Part shown: positions 50,880-63,627 of the stretch, one piece after another
Numbering within the stretch: the stretch's first letter is position 1
How the letters are laid out: each line of letters begins with the position of its first letter
Assembly (NCBI RefSeq): GCF_018350175.1
Contig: NC_058368.1
Location: 55,926,001 to 55,990,000 of the forward strand
Length of the DNA: 64,000 nt
Source: Felis catus
Taxonomy: Eukaryota
Direction: 5' to 3'
Translations under genes and position numbers: made by a program
The notes under the pieces: model-generated
The model's input: the letters and a program-made list of their open reading frames with translations, nothing else
Database searches by the model: none
What the model was told of the DNA's origin: nothing

Positions 50880-53409
50880 ACTAACATTTATTTAAAACGG
50901 ACTTTAGGTAGACACCATGCCAACTTATGAGTTACAGTAGTGAACAAGACAAAATGGAAATTACATTTTATAAAATAATTACGTAATTATGAACATTTAG
51001 TGATTTTTATCTAATCTTGTAAAATCTTAGCATTTGTGCCAATGATAATAATCAGGCAAATCTGGTAAGTGTTGTGGTAAATGGAGTTCCATAAAATGTG
51101 TGTCCAATAGAAAGTATTTACCTGAATTGTGTTTCTCTAAATAAAGACACTACTCCATAAATAATTAAAACTAAAAAGCAAATCACCAATATGAAACAAT
51201 TGAGTGAATCTCTATACGACATATCCAAATAAAATTGTATCAGTAATCTAGTTCAAATTAAGCAAAAAAATATTTTAATATATTTTTTACGAAGACTAAA
51301 TTCTTACATAATATGCCAATTTTGCAGTTCCTTTTTTTTGCCCATTGATACTTAGTATAGGCGGAACAAGAATCATTTAACAAAATTCAAATTATTGTCC
51401 AACTTCTGTCTTCTTTTATCTATGCTTCTTCCTCTGAAATGATGTTTAGCATTGGTTCAGCCAAAAGAACTTGTGGATTCTTCAATTTTCCTCTTAAACA
51501 TAGTTTTTCAGAGTAATACATAAACATTTTTACAGCTGCAGTTTTCCTTTCATTTTTCATGGTCTAAGGACACTCACTAGTTTCTCAAATTTTATGGTTC
51601 TTTCAACATCTTATGTTTGCCTTGCTTGGAAGCAAGTTCTTTATAGAGAATATAATTTATTTATTAGGTAGGAATAAGGAGGGATGCATCTTCCTGAACA
51701 TTTGTTATATCAATTTGCCTTATAGCTTTGGACAAGAATTGGGAGAAATTTCAAAGGGAAAAATTTTTGAAGTTGATTTAAATAGCCTGACATACCAAAC
51801 TGTGTACTGCTCATTTTTCTTTCCAAATATCTCAGTTTATGACTCAGCTGCTCAAAATAATCTGCTTAATTAAATCAATGTTCACATACTCTATATATCC
51901 AATGTGCATATGGAAAGAAGAAATAGAAACAATATGCTTCAAATGAAATATTTTAAATAAAGTCCCATGCTAAATTTGATGTTAAGTATTTAAATATGCC
52001 TTTGTACTTTAATTTTGTAAAGACCTCAGTTTAACACTTAGAGTAACATGTGATATTATTAAAGGGATAGTTCTGCATTATTTTTATAATTAATTTGAAG
52101 TTTATATATCCTACTTGAGATATTTACTATTATAGGAAGTACATATTCTTTTCTCCATTGTAAGAAGTCAAATCATGTTGATACTGATCAAAAAATATAT
52201 GGTTAGAGAAGCTACATGTGAAGCTATGCATGATATTTCCATCAGGTAAATTCAATTAGCTATTTAATTTTGAGGCATGTCATATGACCCTAACCTAACT
52301 TAGATGGCCATTATTCTTCACTTAATTATTAAAATAATAAAATACATAGCTAACTTGAACATAAGTCTACACCAATAAGATGGAATACAGTATTCAACAA
52401 AATGGAAGCTAAAGGATTAAATGCATAGGAGATGAAACAAGAAACCATGGCTCTCAAAATCATTTAATTGACATATTTCTAAAATATGAAATCTTACTCT
52501 GATTTGGATTGCTGTTCTGAGAATATCTGACCTATTTTCCACACTTTGAAAGCTCCAAATGTCAGAGTTATATTCAATATTTGAAAATGCTAATTTTTAG
52601 CTCCTAAGAATGTTTGAATATTTGGCGAGTGCTTGTTATGTACCAAGGTAAATCCAATTTATTCTGCTGAGACTGTGCCTTTCATATTTGGCAATGTTAT
52701 TCATGTACCAAGTGCTCTAATTTTCAACAAAGTGAAATTTAATGGTGAAATTAAAAGAAAAAGAGATAAATGGGGTAAAAAAATGTGAAAACATGATGTC
52801 AAAAGTAAAAAGAATAACTTTATTTTAGAATAAATTTGCAGGTGCCAATGTAATGTTACAGATTCATAAAATAAATGCATTTTATAATACGCCTCAAAAG
52901 TTTTTATATTTTTTGCATTATAAACAAGGGGACATAAGATAATTCAATTATTTACCTTTTACATGAATAAAATTAGAAGTGCATTTTTTTGTATAATGCA
53001 GCCAAAATAAATGAATATTGAGAAATTCTGTTTGGTTTTATCAGTAGGGATTTATTTATAAATTAACTGAAAACATTTTTAGTGTAACTTAGGATAGATA
53101 AAATGGAAATAATAATAATGATAATAATAATAAATATTGTGAAATCCATGATTGCATGATAAACATTTAACAATGGTTCTCATTGACATTGTTATCAGTA
53201 ATGTGGCATTAGGAAACAAAACCAGGTAATGGCAGTTCTATACTCATGTCTTCTGCACTTTTTCACATTGTCTGTTTTGTCTCCAATTTATTGCTCTTTT
53301 CTTCACCTACCCAGAGACACTTAATTTCTCATTTTTGGAAATAGATTACTCCTTACATAAAATTTAGCATGAGCATAATAAGATTTTTAAAAATAGATAC
53401 TGGTTGATT

Positions 53410-53555
53410 ATATAGATTTTGAAGTCAGACAATTTAGAGATTCAAATATTGTCTCTGATACTCACCACCTTTTAATTGGACAATTGCCTTAACTTCTTTA
53501 CACTTTCATCCATAAAATAGCCTAGTAAAGTACACTTCAAAGATGTGTTTTATGG
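53410..53555 (+). mobile_element. MIR fragment
   Basis: tttgaagtcagac...ttcaaat...ggacaattgccttaac...catccataaaat. Confidence 0.65.
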
Positions 53556-54433
53556 GCTCCAGACTCCCAACTCTATACTATATATCTTCATTCGGTTGCC
53601 CCATTATTACCAAAACTAGACAAATCCACCAATGCATATATTCTTTGTGTCTTCTATTAACTCTTCTATTAACTCTCTCTATATACACACACATACACCT
53701 GAAAATATGAATATAATAGCACCGTTTTACAAGTAAGTACATAAAATAAAGTTTTATATAATTGTAGATTGTCCTAATATAGCATAAATATTCAACATCA
53801 TACTATTATGAACTTTAAATGATCTTGTACATCTTTATTTACTGGTGTGTAAATGCATTTTTGAAAGACAAAATTAATAAAAATCATTTTTAAAATTATT
53901 TATTTATTTATTTTTCCATTTCAGATGTATTTGTACAAGGCACTTTTAAGGCAAGGTTTTGTCCTTTTTTGTTTTTCTAGATAGAAGTTCCAAATCAAAA
54001 CAAACAAGAAAGAAAACAAGCAAACAGAAGTTAGAAAGTAAAAAAAGCCAAGGGTAGTGCATGCATACCAAATAATTAAAGTAGATACTGACTATTAATA
54101 CTATGTGTACCAAAATGTTGCCTATGGCTGTTTACTTATAGTACTACAGATGCAATTGTCAGATGTTTACTTACAATATTAAGTGTATTAATTTATTTTG
54201 CACATTATCATTTAGTCAATGCAATACTAAACAGCAAGCTTTAATGAAATGTACTAAATCAATTATATATTTTCTACTTTCTATTTTTTTATTTAAAAAA
54301 TGCATCTAGACTTTATATGTTTTATGTTTCTCTTCAGTCTTTATACTATAGTAATAAATGAGGTTTTTTGTTATATAGTATAACTATCCTGAGAAATTAA
54401 CCTTCACTTTTGCTGTTATTTGAAATATAGAGG

Positions 54434-54616
54434 GTTTTATTTTTTATTTACTTTTTATTTTTTGAAAGAGAGAGAGCATGCAAACGAGGGAGGGGGAGCA
54501 GACTCCATACACAGTGCAGAACCTGACATAGGGCTCGATCTCACAACCATTGAGATCATGACCTGAGCCAAAATCAAGAGTCTGATGCTTAACCAACTAA
54601 GCCACCCAGGCACCCC
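54434..54616 (-). mobile_element. CAN-SINE (older subtype)
   Basis: TSD aaatatagagggtttta / aagtatagacgtttta. Confidence 0.93.
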
Positions 54617-55039
54617 TAAAGTATAGACGTTTTAAATACATGTGTGATATCTTAATGGATATTTGAGCTGAAGCTTCAGATATTTATTCACTTAAAATTA
54701 AAGTAATTGTGGCTTTTTTATTCTTATAATTATCTTCAATATTCACTAATTAACTACTTAGTGAATTGTTTTCTAAGTGGATTTTAATAGATTTGTTTGT
54801 GAAATATCCAATAGTGGCCATTATGTGGTTATATGCAAAAAAACATTTTAATGTTTAAGTAAAACCATTGAGAGAACACTCAAAAAAATACTGTGAAGGA
54901 ACACAAATGTAAAAAGCCTCTCTCTTTTCTGAATGACAATTTTAGGGAAAAAGTTTCCTTATAGCCAGTTATGCATAAAAAATATAGGTATAGTATTAGA
55001 GGACTCACATATATAAAGCAGGGCTAGATTATGATAGGC

Positions 55040-55260
55040 ACTTTAGCATACTAATAACAGTGGGATTTGGGAATCAAATTACCTGGGTCAAATTCTGACC
55101 CAGTTGTGTGGCCCAGGGATAGTTAACCTCTATGTGCTTCTTTTCTCTTGTATGTAAATGGATGCAATAATTGTACACGTGCCGTAGAATGACTGTGAAG
55201 ATTGGATGAATTAAATTAATACTGTTAAAACATATGGAAGAGAACCAATAAGCATGCAAT
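55040..55260 (+). mobile_element. MIR
   Basis: tttgggaatcaaattacctgggtcaaattc...ttaacctctatgtgctt...tgtaaatgg...tgtgaagatt. Confidence 0.8.
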
Positions 55261-55526
55261 CCATATTTCCTGTGGCTGCACTCTTTTGCTCCTGATTGTC
55301 AGTGCTTAATAAAATTCAAAAGGAACGCAATGATTTTTGGAATAAAGTGCATCATTCTACAAGAGAATGAAAAACCTATACACCTCAAAGACAGTAGATG
55401 AAAAGAGATGCTACATGCTTGGAAAATGGTCTAAAACAGAATCTTTGTTAGCAAGGTGCTTTAATGTGTACATATTATTTGAGTAATAACTTTCTACACT
55501 TGTAGATTATTTCACAAGTTTTCACT

Positions 55527-55560
55527 ATATATATATATATATTTATCCATATACCTATAC

Positions 55561-55612
<52 letters not shown>

Positions 55613-55634
55613 ATATATGCCATGTGTGTGTGTG
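55527..55634. repeat. (TA)n/(TG)n compound repeat
   Basis: direct reading. Confidence 0.95.
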
Positions 55635-55649
55635 CATATTGTCTCTCCT

Positions 55650-56062
55650 GGTCTTCTGTGGCACCTATGGTCAGATGTGAGTAAGGAAGTTGACTTTTGC
55701 TGATCTTGGGTGGACTGTCTTCCATGGTGCACACTTCAGGCACACTTTCAGGTGCCAATTGGGATGTCTGAGTTCTGGTACATGCAGTCTCTCATCCTTC
55801 ACAGAAATAGCCCATTTTGATTCACATGGTGGAAGGAAAGATTCTGAAAGTGAAAGTATGCAGTGCTTGAGGTCTAGGCTTAGAACTGACACACTTCAGT
55901 ACCACTCCATTTTACTACTTAAAGCAAGTCTCAAGGCAAGGTCAAATTCAAGGTGTAGGGAAACAGATATCATTTTATGAGAAGCAGACCTTCAAGATAG
56001 CCTTCAAGATAGTAAAGGATACAGATAAGAAAGACAATTGTTTTGCCCCATTATCACTACAC
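55650..56062 (-). mobile_element. MaLR (MLT1G/H-like) LTR
   Basis: tgaggtctaggcttagaactgacaca...aaagcaagtctcaaggc...attcaagg. Confidence 0.75.
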
Positions 56063-56089
56063 ACTCAAGTAGAAATTTTCCATATTATA

Positions 56090-56270
56090 CCACCTCTTAA
56101 CATATCCTTTAATTTATTTGTCTGTTGTATTTATTTATCATTTCTCTTCTTATAAGGAAAGCCACCTTAGGCCAGGGATCTTTATTTCATCACTCATGCA
56201 TTCCAAGTGCTTTTGACAGTGACTGGCCCATAATAGGCACTCAAATTCCTGTTAAGTGAATGATTTAATA
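56090..56270 (+). mobile_element. L2 3' end
   Basis: acagtgactggcccataataggcactcaaa...gttaagtgaatga. Confidence 0.75.
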
Positions 56271-56412
56271 CAAGATAAATTATTGGGGTTTATGTGGACT
56301 CCAAATTATCTTTTATTAATAAATATTAATAAATGGAATCAACAATTATTGATTAATGACATAAAATCATCTCAAGTGAACATATTATCTCTGCTAGGAA
56401 AATGAATAGCCA

Positions 56413-56822
56413 TGTTATGAACTGAATGTTTGTATCCCCCTAAAATTCATATTTTGAAGTCCTAACTCCTAATGTGATCATATTTGGAGATGGGGCCCTT
56501 GAGAGGCAATTAGGATTAGATGATGTCATTATTGTGGGGCCTTCATGAAGGGATTAGTGCCTACATAAGAAAAGACATCAGAGCATTCTCTCTCTTTCTC
56601 CCTCTCTTTCTGTTTTTCTACACCCACACACACCAGGGAAAGACCATGTGAGAATACAGCAAGAAGGCAACTATCTGCAAGCCGGAAGGAGAACTCTCTT
56701 AGGAATCAAATTGGCTGTCACCCTGGTCTTAAATTTCCCAACCTCCAGAACTGTGAGAAAATAAATTTCTATTTATTTTTACTCTGTGGTATTTTGTTAT
56801 GGTAGCCAGGTTGACTAAGACA
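56413..56822 (+). mobile_element. MLT1A-type MaLR solo LTR
   Basis: tgttatgaactgaatgtttgtatcccc start; cctccagaactgtgagaaaataaatttc...gactaagaca end. Confidence 0.92.
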
Positions 56823-56824
56823 GT

Positions 56825-56975
56825 ATGCCACAGGCATCTCCAAATCCAAATGTGCCAAACTAAACATACGTTTTCCCCCAACATTTTCTCTTGCATTCTT
56901 CACCTTGGTGGATGTACCATCATCCACCCAATTAACCAGACCAGAAAATGGGAATTATTACTGACCGTTCCTTCA
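56825..56975 (+). mobile_element. L2 fragment
   Basis: caggcatctccaaat...accatcatccacccaatt...ccagaaaatggga. Confidence 0.7.
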
Positions 56976-57781
56976 CCTTGTTAACCTTAGGCTCTAGGTT
57001 ACAGATACTCATTCTACTGCGCTAGTAATAGTCATTATTTAAGGTTGACTTATAGTTTTGGAATGTTGATTACCTTTCTGCTAGCAGTGTGATTTATAAT
57101 TTTTTACTATGAACACATTTTTGGCTGAAGCTCTTTTCAAAGAAAACCTTTAGACACTTGGTTGTTAAAATTTTTTAAGGATTGTTTCCCTTTGGCTTCA
57201 GCTGGAAACACAAAAGTTTAACCAGAGATATTGTATTATGTCAAGAGGGTGTGTTTATGGGTGGAAGGAGACACAACATGATGTCCCCTCCTTTTTAAAT
57301 CTTCTACTCATTCACGGATGAATACTTAACACTTTTATGCTTACCTCCAGCTCCCAGCCATTAAAGAGAGTAAAGAATTATCACCCATTCTTGTTTGGAA
57401 TTATAACTTCAGACCCTAAATCCTGCATTCAGTTTCTATCCACCATAAGCCATCTAGATATAGCTTATCTTGACACTGTAGCTTTAATTTCTGAAATGTG
57501 TCTAATTTGTGTTTATCCCAGATAAATATGTGTGCTGTATTATATTCAGTACATTGTGTGTACGAAATGAGAAAATACATGCTTCTTGTTAACTCATGGT
57601 ACCACATTAAACAGTTGTTTAGTTTTCCCACCCCCACCTTGGCCAAATCATGGCAACTATTTTCTGTATATTCTCTATTTGATTGTATTTGAATATAGTT
57701 ATTTATGAATAAAGCCAATCCATTCTCCTTTGTAAGCAAAAATCACCCCACTGTAAGTATTTTTCAAAAGCTAGGGACTAA

Positions 57782-57996
57782 GAGGTGCATGGGTGGCTCA
57801 GTCGGTTAAGCGCCCGACTTAGGCTCAGGTCATGATCTCACAGTCCATGAGTTCCAGCTCTGCGTCGGGCTCTGTGCTGACAGCTCGGAGCCTGGCCTGC
57901 TTCAGATTCTCTGTCTCCCTCTCTCTGACCCTCCCCTATTCATGCTCTGTCTCTCTCTGTCTCAAAAATAAATAAACATTTAAAAATTTTTTTTTA
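57782..57996 (+). mobile_element. CAN-SINE
   Basis: TSD aaaagctagggactaa / aaaagctagggattaa. Confidence 0.96.
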
Positions 57997-58074
57997 AAAA
58001 AGCTAGGGATTAAATAAAAATACACTAGTCCGGTGTCCATGCTGCGTCACTTAACAAAGGGACTTTTACCAATT

Positions 58075-58347
58075 TTTAAAGTTTTTTTATTGTTACAAGG
58101 AAGTTTAAAGTGAGATATATCCTCTTAAATTTTTCAGTGTATCAAAATTATTGATGACTATGGGTACACCATTGTGCAGCATATATCTAGACCCTATTCA
58201 ACTTGCTTAACTGAGACACCATGCTCATTCATACTATCTTTTCATTCCCCCCCCCCCCCTGCCCCCAGCCCTTATAAGCACTATCCCGTTTTTGGATTCT
58301 ATGGATCTGACCATTTTAGATACCTCATATAAGTGGAATCATGCAGT

Positions 58348-58389
<42 letters not shown>

Positions 58390-58735
58390 TACCTTATTTC
58401 ACTTAGCATCATGGCCTCCAGATTCATCCATGATGTCATATATGGCATGATATGTTTGTGTTTTTAATTTCTTTCATCAATTTTGTTTAGTTCTCCATGT
58501 ACAAGTCTTTACCTCCTTAGTTAAGTTTTTCCTATTTGATTCTTTTTGTGACACTGTAAATGAGATTGTTTTCATAATTTATTTTTCAGAGAATTATTAG
58601 TGTATAGAAACACAACTGAATTTTGCATGTTGATTTTGTATCCTGCAACTTTATTGAATCTGCTTATTTGTTCTAAGAGTTTTGTTTTTGCTTTTGTTTT
58701 TGTTTTTCCTTTGAAGTCTTTAGGGTTTCTGTTTA
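58075..58735 (-). mobile_element. L1MA-type 3' end joined to an ORF2 fragment, containing (TG)n at 58351-58387
   Basis: tacctcatataagtggaatcatgcagtatt; ttgattttgtatcctgcaacttta. Confidence 0.88.
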
Positions 58736-58759
58736 TAGTACTTGGTCAACTTGCTTAAC

Positions 58760-58910
58760 ATTTTCGTTTCTTCATTATTGAAATTTTGTGGCTATTGAAT
58801 GAGACTTCTGTGGGTATTGAATGAGATAATTAATGCCTGTCATAGACTTAGTTCAGTGCCTACCTTATAGCAAATACTCAAAAACTCTGGCAAATATCAT
58901 TACTGTTTTT
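58760..58910 (+). mobile_element. MIR 3' fragment
   Basis: attgaatgagataat...cagtgcctaccttatagcaaatactcaa. Confidence 0.65.
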
Positions 58911-59004
58911 ATCACTGTCAAATGTTCCTAACAGATATATCAGACCCATGTCCACACCACCAAATTCATATTCCAACAACTCTCTCCCAGTGAAAACAGA
59001 TTGC

Positions 59005-59680
59005 ACGGATTTAAGCAGAAGGTTGGTATGATTACATTTGTGTTTTATTAAGGTTACTTCAGCTCTAATACTAAGAGCAGGTGAAGTAGAATCTGGAGGT
59101 TGAATGCATGTGGAGATTTTAGTTAGAAAGTGATAATGGCAGTTCTAATGGGAGAGGGTGAAGTTTTGAAATATAAAAGTGCATCAGAGATTAAGAAAAA
59201 ATGAGTATATTTAAAAAGAATTTATATGTTTAAATCTAAAAGTTTGATGAATGGGTATAAAGATGAAGAGTAGGAAGGGTCAACAATGACAGCTCTATAA
59301 ATGCTCTGTGCAGTAGGATGAATGGTAAAGAGCTTGACTTAACAATGCTAGTATAAGTCAAGTTTTCAGAGAAATATTCTCATTTATTTTTATCTTACAA
59401 ACCAACACTTAGTTGTATTGAAATATCCATATAATTATATTACATAATCATTTGTAAATATTATGCAGTTTGGAGTAATGATATGTAGTTTGTTTATTTT
59501 CAGATCCATCATAAATATAGAGACATTAAATGTACACATATGTGGATAAGATTGTCAAGGGGAAAGATATACAATGAAAATGAAAAAAAGAAAAAAAAAA
59601 GCCAAGATTTGAGAAAACCCATTATTTAGTGACTGATGGGAAGGCAGTGTGGATACAAGGGAACTGACAAATAATGATAA
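59005..59680 (-). mobile_element. L2 fragments
   Basis: ggatttaagcag...tgattacatttgtgtttta. Confidence 0.65.
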
Positions 59681-61139
59681 AAGAGGAAAAATTATAATAT
59701 TATAATTAAGGTTAACTTTTATGGTATAATTAGTCAATGATATGCATTCTGTGAGTTTTATCTTATTAATGTGTTTTAATCTCATTAATCTGGGACACAA
59801 TTTTAAGCAGTAGCTCGTATTATATGATGAATCCTCCCTTTAATAGTGATGACATTGTGGTGTAAAGAGATTAAGAAAATGCCCCAGGGCATTGTGTTCA
59901 CAGATGCCAGAAAAAGAATAAAAATGGTAACTGAAGACAAAGACCAAGTTCACTGTAATAATTTTGAATCATCAGAAGTATTATATAAATAGGATTAATT
60001 AGGTCTATTTAAATTATAGTTTACATTTTATTTTTTACTCTTATTGTGAAATTAAATTACAGTCTACCCAATCAAAATAACAGCATCCGTATCATTTTGT
60101 TTCATTATAGCAAATACTTGCTTGTCTCCAAATACTTAAAGAATCCGTTGAAATATAAGTAGGCCAGTAAAATGAATCAAACTCAACAAGACAAGTTATA
60201 GCTTTGTGTTTAACAGTCTCTTAATTGTTGACATAATTAAGTGAACAAAACCATTAAAGTCACTATTTTGTAAGTTGTGATATAAGAGATAAAAATAAAA
60301 TACTCTTTTCCTAATTAAATGACTATAAACTGCCGATTCATTCTTTACTGGAGCAATTTAATACAAAGAAGCAGTCAGCATTCTTCTTTAAACATGTGTA
60401 CTCCATTCTTTTTTCTATTTTGATTTTATAACTCAGATTTGAGTAATTATAAGAATTAAAGAACTAAGAATGCTATGGTAAAATTGATTATCAAATACAA
60501 GCTTTCAAAAAAAATTTCTAAGGGGATCTTGATCCAAATAACATACTTTCTTGTTAATAATATATTTAATCATTTCTGAGGAAAAAATTATGAAAAGTTG
60601 GGGAAGAAGAGTAAAGCAGATTCTAAACAGCCTGACATAGGACCTAGCTGGAAGACTATCCTATTATTATTTATATTACCCAAACCACTTCTTGTTCCCC
60701 TTACTATGGCTTTTGAGTAGACACTAGGAAGGAATCAGCACTTTTCTTTCCTCCACAAGGATTAATACACTTGGTAGTAAACACAGATTATTTAACAATA
60801 AATCATTTCTTAAATTAATGTGCATATGCACTTTGAAACAGACAGTCCAGAAATAGTTGCCAAGTTTAATAAAATCACATCTAATGTAACTCTTGTTATT
60901 AAAAATGTATTACATCCTCATGGTAACTTTACTGCTATTTATGTGGTTGTAAAAGTCTTTTCCACCTCTTATTATTATACAACCCCTTCATACCCATAGA
61001 AATTATTGTGATTCTTGGATGAGGATGATAGTGCTAAGCAAAGACTACTTTTTAAAATAATATTCCCCCCCTCAAATTTAGACTATTAAGGAAGAATTCT
61101 CTGGTGGGCTTAATTAAGGTCTTAGAAATCAAAACCCTT

Positions 61140-61266
61140 GTGGTGCATAGGTGGTTAGGTCATTTAAGCATCTGACTCTTGATCTCAGCTTAGATCTGGA
61201 TCTCAAGGTCATGAGCCCAAGCCCCATGTTGGGCTCCATGCTGGGCATGAAGCCAGCTTAAAAATA
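61140..61266 (+). mobile_element. Short CAN-SINE variant lacking the CT tract
   Basis: tRNA-like head ending gaagccagcttaaaaa; TSD tagaaatcaaaaccctt / tagaagatcaaaaccctt. Confidence 0.85.
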
Positions 61267-61379
61267 TTTAGAAGATCAAAACCCTTAGCCTTGTCATATG
61301 TCTTCTCTGAGTTTATAAACTAATAATGAATATAAAATACATATAACTTAATATGAAAAATTGAAACAACCTCTATCAA

Positions 61380-61600
61380 AAGTAGAAATATTGTGCAGTG
61401 AAGTTTATTAGAGACAAAATACTCAAGGTTTTTATTGGAGACTGATCATATTATCATTCTTTGCCTAGCATGTACCAAAATTCCAGTCTCTCATAAGGAA
61501 AGCATACACCCTATTATGTTCACACAAAGTTTAGGCACAGTGAGCCCTGCTTAGGGAATATTCATAGAACAAAATGTTATACAGCCTAATTAATGAATGC
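61380..61600 (-). mobile_element. MER21/MER77-like LTR fragment
   Basis: tgcctagcatgtaccaaaattccag...agtttaggcacagtgagcc. Confidence 0.65.
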
Positions 61601-61727
61601 TATAACTCACCAATAAAAATCAAGTCCCTTGGAGTAGCATCAGCAAGATGACAGAGAGGGAAGCCCTAGTCCTCATTCCCTCACAGAGACGCTGATGTAA
61701 CAGCGGCATAAGGATATAATTTGGGAG

Positions 61728-61945
61728 GGGGCGCCTGGGTGGCGCAGTGGGTTAAGCATCTGACTTCAGCCAGGTCACGATCTCGCGGTCCGTGAGTTCG
61801 AGCCCCGCGTCGGGCTCTGGGCTGATGGCTCAGAGCCTGGAGCCTGTTTCCGATTCTGTGTCTCCCTCCCTCTCTGCCCCTCCCCCGTTCATGCTCTGTC
61901 TCTCTCTGTCCCAAAAATAAATAAACGTTGAAAAAAAAAAAAAAA
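61728..61945 (+). mobile_element. Young felid CAN-SINE
   Basis: perfect TSD gatataatttgggag (61713-61727, 61946-61960); pure A tail. Confidence 0.97.
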
Positions 61946-61999
61946 GATATAATTTGGGAGTATGTTGTTGGTACATGCTTCCAGAGATGATTTGCTTTC

Positions 62000-62566
62000 T
62001 CTCCTGTTCAGCTTCTCAGCCACAGATTATGACAATTTTAAACTTAATTCTTCACTGAGGCTTTTTAAAATTTACCTGGTTACTTTGAACTTGGACTACA
62101 AGCCTGGGTTAGGCCAAGCTGGTCACTACTTCTCAGGCTTTATTTTTGTTTTTGCTTCTCCTGTGGTTAGTGTTGAATAATGCAGTTCCTCTTATAGTTT
62201 AATGAACCTGTGGAAGTGGGGGATGTTTCCTTCCGGTTTACCCTTAAACTGCAGATTTAACCGCTGGTCCTGATTTTACTGTTGGGGATTTCCTGTTTAA
62301 TCCTCTGTTGTCAGTGGCCAGAGGCTGGGCTGTCTGTCACCTTGACAAATTCTCCCTGTTCAAAATCAGCTTTAGGATTCCATTTATATTCTGTATTATC
62401 TAGATTTTTAAATACTGATTAATCTACAGTTGCTTGCCAGCTCTTTAATACAAAAGTGTCATTGTTTTTGCTGCTGTTTTTAGAAAATTTTAATCCAGCA
62501 GTTCTTTAGTTCTTTTCAGTGGGAACTTAAATTTATCTGCCTGACTATTCATAGTACAGAAATGGC
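62000..62566 (-). mobile_element. Probable old L1 5'-end fragment
   Basis: tttaatccagcagttctttagttcttttcagtgggaa pattern of antisense L1ME/MC 5' ends. Confidence 0.4.
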
Positions 62567-62684
62567 TCAATCCCTGTGACATTTATCCTTGTTCATTACC
62601 TGTGCATGCATTTATACTTGACATAAAATATAAATCTATCACTACTGAGAATTGTGGATCCTCTCGATAAAATTCATTTTCTAT

Positions 62685-62906
62685 GGGGTGCCTGGGTGGC
62701 GCAGTCGGTTAAGCGTCCGACTTCAGCCAGGTCACGATCTCGCGGTCCATGAGTTCGAGCCCCGCGTCAGGCTCTGGGCTGATGGCTCAGAGCCTGGAGC
62801 CTGTTTCCGATTCTGTGTCTCCCTCTCTCTCTGCCCCTTCCCCGTTCTTGCTCTGTCTCTCTCTGTCCCAAAAAAAATAAATAAACGTTGAAAAAAGAAT
62901 TAAAAA
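62685..62906 (+). mobile_element. Young felid CAN-SINE
   Basis: perfect TSD aaaattcattttcta. Confidence 0.97.
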
Positions 62907-63164
62907 AAAATTCATTTTCTAACTCTTGAATGTTAAAGCTTGCTTATTCTTTTGATCCCTTCCTCATTTTATCCTTCTCTCTTCTTTTTAATTCTACTTA
63001 AACATTTTTAAAGGTGTTTTTCTCCAAAATACTAATGCATATCTAAATTTTTGTCTCTAGATTTCAAAGTACTATTTCTGACACAGTAGGAAGACTAAAA
63101 TGAGTGTGCTGTTTACATGTAAATCTCCAATGACAAACAAAATACCTAGAATAAGATGAAAAAA

Positions 63165-63255
63165 AGTTAAGAATTCAGTCCATTTACCAGCTGAATAATC
63201 TTGGGCAAGTTACTTTCAATTGAGTGTTCAGTGTTTCCCACTGAAATAAAATTGT
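63165..63255 (+). mobile_element. MIR core fragment
   Basis: ccatttaccagctg...cttgggcaagttactt...tcagtgtttccc. Confidence 0.75.
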
Positions 63256-63627
63256 CCCTTCCTTGCCCCAGCGTGCTGACTGCTTCTGCATATTTCTTAC
63301 TGCTTTCTAAGTCATGCTATTTTCCTTACTGGTCACCAAACACACCAGGTAAAATGGAGGGCCCCATTCCTTGCGAAAGGTTAGTTCAATACATAAATAT
63401 AAAAGTGTCCAGGAGATCTCCATGAGATAAGGTTTCCTTTTATTCAGAAGTGAATAAAAGAGAAATTTCTCTGCTTCTTGACATTATTACCCTTTCTGTA
63501 AGCCTTGGACAGCCCTGTTCAACTCAGGACCTTTGCACTACAGCTACCTCTGCCACACACATTCTTCATCTGGATATCAACGGAGCTAATTCTTGCAACT
63601 TTTTTCATTTCCTAAATAAGTGCTACC

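Noticed and set aside
55989..56012. 12-bp tandem duplication ccttcaagatag (a similar one lies near 53650-53675)
   Set aside because: Ordinary small slippage duplications
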